From: Paraglomus brasilianum
Taxonomy: Eukaryota
DNA: 51,104 bases
Direction: 5' to 3'
NCBI GenBank assembly: GCA_910592345.1
Contig: CAJVPI010000126.1
Span: forward strand, 1-51,104
Of this stretch, positions 49,331 to 51,104 are shown piece by piece. The notes below the pieces were generated by a model. It did not search any database, had not been told where the DNA came from, and was given only the letters and a program-made list of their open reading frames with translations. The number at the start of each line of letters is the position of its first letter. Position 1 is the stretch's first letter. A program made the translations under genes and the position numbers.

Positions 49331-49744
49331 ACAACAAATACAACGAGTGGACATTATTGTCCAACGGGTACACACCACGATGAGGGCGTTCATGGACATT
49401 TTCCTACTACATTGATGGTAATCGAACGTGTGGCAATTGGTGTGTTGTGACTATTGTTATACTCATTATATTTGTATTATAAGCCAAGCCATTACTGTCG
49501 ATGATGCTCCGCGAAACGCTGAACCTAACATCGAAAACCGCCTGTATAAATTAACTCAAGCACACATAAAACACTTTCGTTTACCATTGTACAAAGATGT
49601 AATATATCCGGGTACATAACAAGAAATAAAACATTATCGGGGATTATTGCTCTTCATAAAAAAGTTGATGAGTGGCATAATTTTAACGGAAAGTAGTTAG
49701 CAAGTCAACCATTTATAAATAATGTGTGAATTTTACAATCACTA

Positions 49745-50372
49745 CAGTCAAACCTCTTTATACCTATAAAGTTCGCTACCCGAACCAGTCCTACTGCTTA
49801 TACCGATAAATCTCTTTGTTAGATATACCGATATTCTTGTGCAACACCAAAATTGACCAATCAACTTATTATTATCTCAGTTATTGTAACTAGCATATAC
49901 TCATAATATTACATCAAACCCACAAAAAAAAAAACACAAAAAGGCTCACTGACGGCACGTCAGAAGAAATTGTAGCAGTGGTATGTCCTCTGAAGAGGAA
50001 CTCGAAGAGGGAATAACTCGACCTGCCGTATCAGTTAAAGAAGCATTAGGGGTGTTAGTAGCGCAATAGAATTTCTGGTAAATCCCTCCCGAGGATTTTG
50101 CTTTTGATATTAAAATGATATCAGAACTGCGTAAAGTGCAGAGTCAATTGTGGGATTATCATTCGTCAAAGAAGAAACGATTAACAATGGATAGTTTTAT
50201 AAGCACCAGTTAACTCATAAGTATGTGATGAAATAAAGATTTTCATTTCAAAATAGATACGATTATTATTTAATTTGTTATACCGATAAAATAAAAGTTC
50301 CTCGCGATAGTTATACCGATAAAAACAGCCAGGTGCCACTTGTATTAGTATCGGTATAAAGATGTGTGACTG
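49745..50372 (+). mobile_element. Non-autonomous pogo/Tigger-family element, 628 bp, with TA target-site duplication
   Basis: TA|CAGTCAAACCTCTTTATACCTATA ... TATCGGTATAAAGATGTGTGACTG|TA (21/24 TIR match). Subterminal TATACCGATA repeats occur at both ends, and an internal transposase tail ends KKRLTMDSFISTS*. Confidence 0.9.
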
Positions 50373-50844
50373 TAGTTTACTACAAGAATAACTTATGCCG
50401 TATCACACACTTGCAATGCTATATAAAAACTAGTGGGTAATGAGAGGGGTGAAGAACCCAACTATTTCATAACATGACGGCCTTTATTCACGGTAGGCTT
50501 TTTTTCATATGAGAGGCTCTTATTCACAAGAATTTACGTTAATTTCTTCAATTTTACTATTTTCCCTTAATAAATAATACGTGTATAACATCCAATCACT
50601 ATCAGTAAGTTCTTTTTATTCAATATAATAATAGCAAATTATAGTTAATGTTATATTAATACGCTGTGTTTTGAGACTATAAATCCATCTTACGGCGATT
50701 GTATCAAAGTATTTGACTAAATTGTGGGTTTACAAATTTTAAGTAGTAGTTAGAAGAAAATGTCTGTACAACAATCAGAAAAATTTTTCAATATGTAAAT
50801 CCTCTTTCTAAATTGTTATTTGAACCCCTTTTTTATTCGAAACT

Positions 50845-51104
50845 ATGTCAGAAGCTGTTAAGGATATCCAAAATCCAGCAATTTGCAACTTGATTCGATC
50901 CTGCCTAGAAAATAAATGGGTTATTCCTTTTTCAGAGATTACTGATATAAAGCCAAGTCAAATTGACAACATTCACTATGCTGTTCGGAAGAGAATGTCT
51001 GACGATGGTACAATTAGAGAAGAGATAATAATTTTGATATTAGTTGGAAGCAACGAAACATGTACAACAACATTAGTGAGTGAGTTTGCTAGAATATACT
51101 CACT
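50845..51104 (+). CDS. Paralog of the kinase-associated gene at 1-1090; 5' end only, runs off the window end
   Basis: MSEAVKDIQNPAICNLIRSCLENKWVIPFSEITDIKPSQIDNIHYAV...LVGSNETCTTTLVSEFARIYS aligns with ...NLIQSSL...WIPYSKTTLIKSSQIDSIHYAI...LGSSEVSEFARIYSL. It is absent from the ORF track because no stop falls in the window. Confidence 0.85.
   Translation, partial: MSEAVKDIQNPAICNLIRSCLENKWVIPFSEITDIKPSQIDNIHYAVRKRMSDDGTIREEIIILILVGSNETCTTTLVSEFARIYS

Noticed and set aside
49140..49450. Four overlapping ORFs rich in Lys/Gly/Glu or Phe/Pro/Leu
   Set aside because: Artefacts of a G/A low-complexity tract that lacks stop codons.

Overview
Intron-rich eukaryotic DNA, AT-rich, with short GT-AG introns. 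Gene content (kinase-associated WTSxN/LEWIP modules, BTB-BACK-TLDc, Crinkler-like and pogo/Tc1 relics) points to an early-diverging fungus of the Mucoromycota, either Endogonales or Glomeromycotina; this assignment is an inference. A compact housekeeping core at about 21.5-37.6 kb holds coronin, a WDR91 N-terminal-only homolog head-to-head with LST8, a CLYBL/citrate-lyase-beta-like gene, a Tim17-like gene head-to-head with SEM1/DSS1, a glutaredoxin-like gene and an FG-GAP-type beta-propeller gene. Both flanks are accessory and rich in transposon debris. They hold an intact RING-less SNF2 helicase, several orphan genes, an intronless 838-aa hydrophobic protein built on 11/22-residue repeats, a BTB-TLDc gene, a PUP1 pseudogene, MITEs, and two outward-facing paralogs of one kinase-associated family at the window ends. 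The most notable sequence-level observations are a 2-nt microexon needed to restore the coronin GKGDG motif, a 38-bp perfect inverted repeat in the Tim17-like/SEM1 divergent promoter, and the 22-mer-repeat membrane or lipid-associated protein. I found no rRNA, tRNA or CRISPR array. All exon structures were spliced by hand and family calls are from recalled motifs, not database searches.
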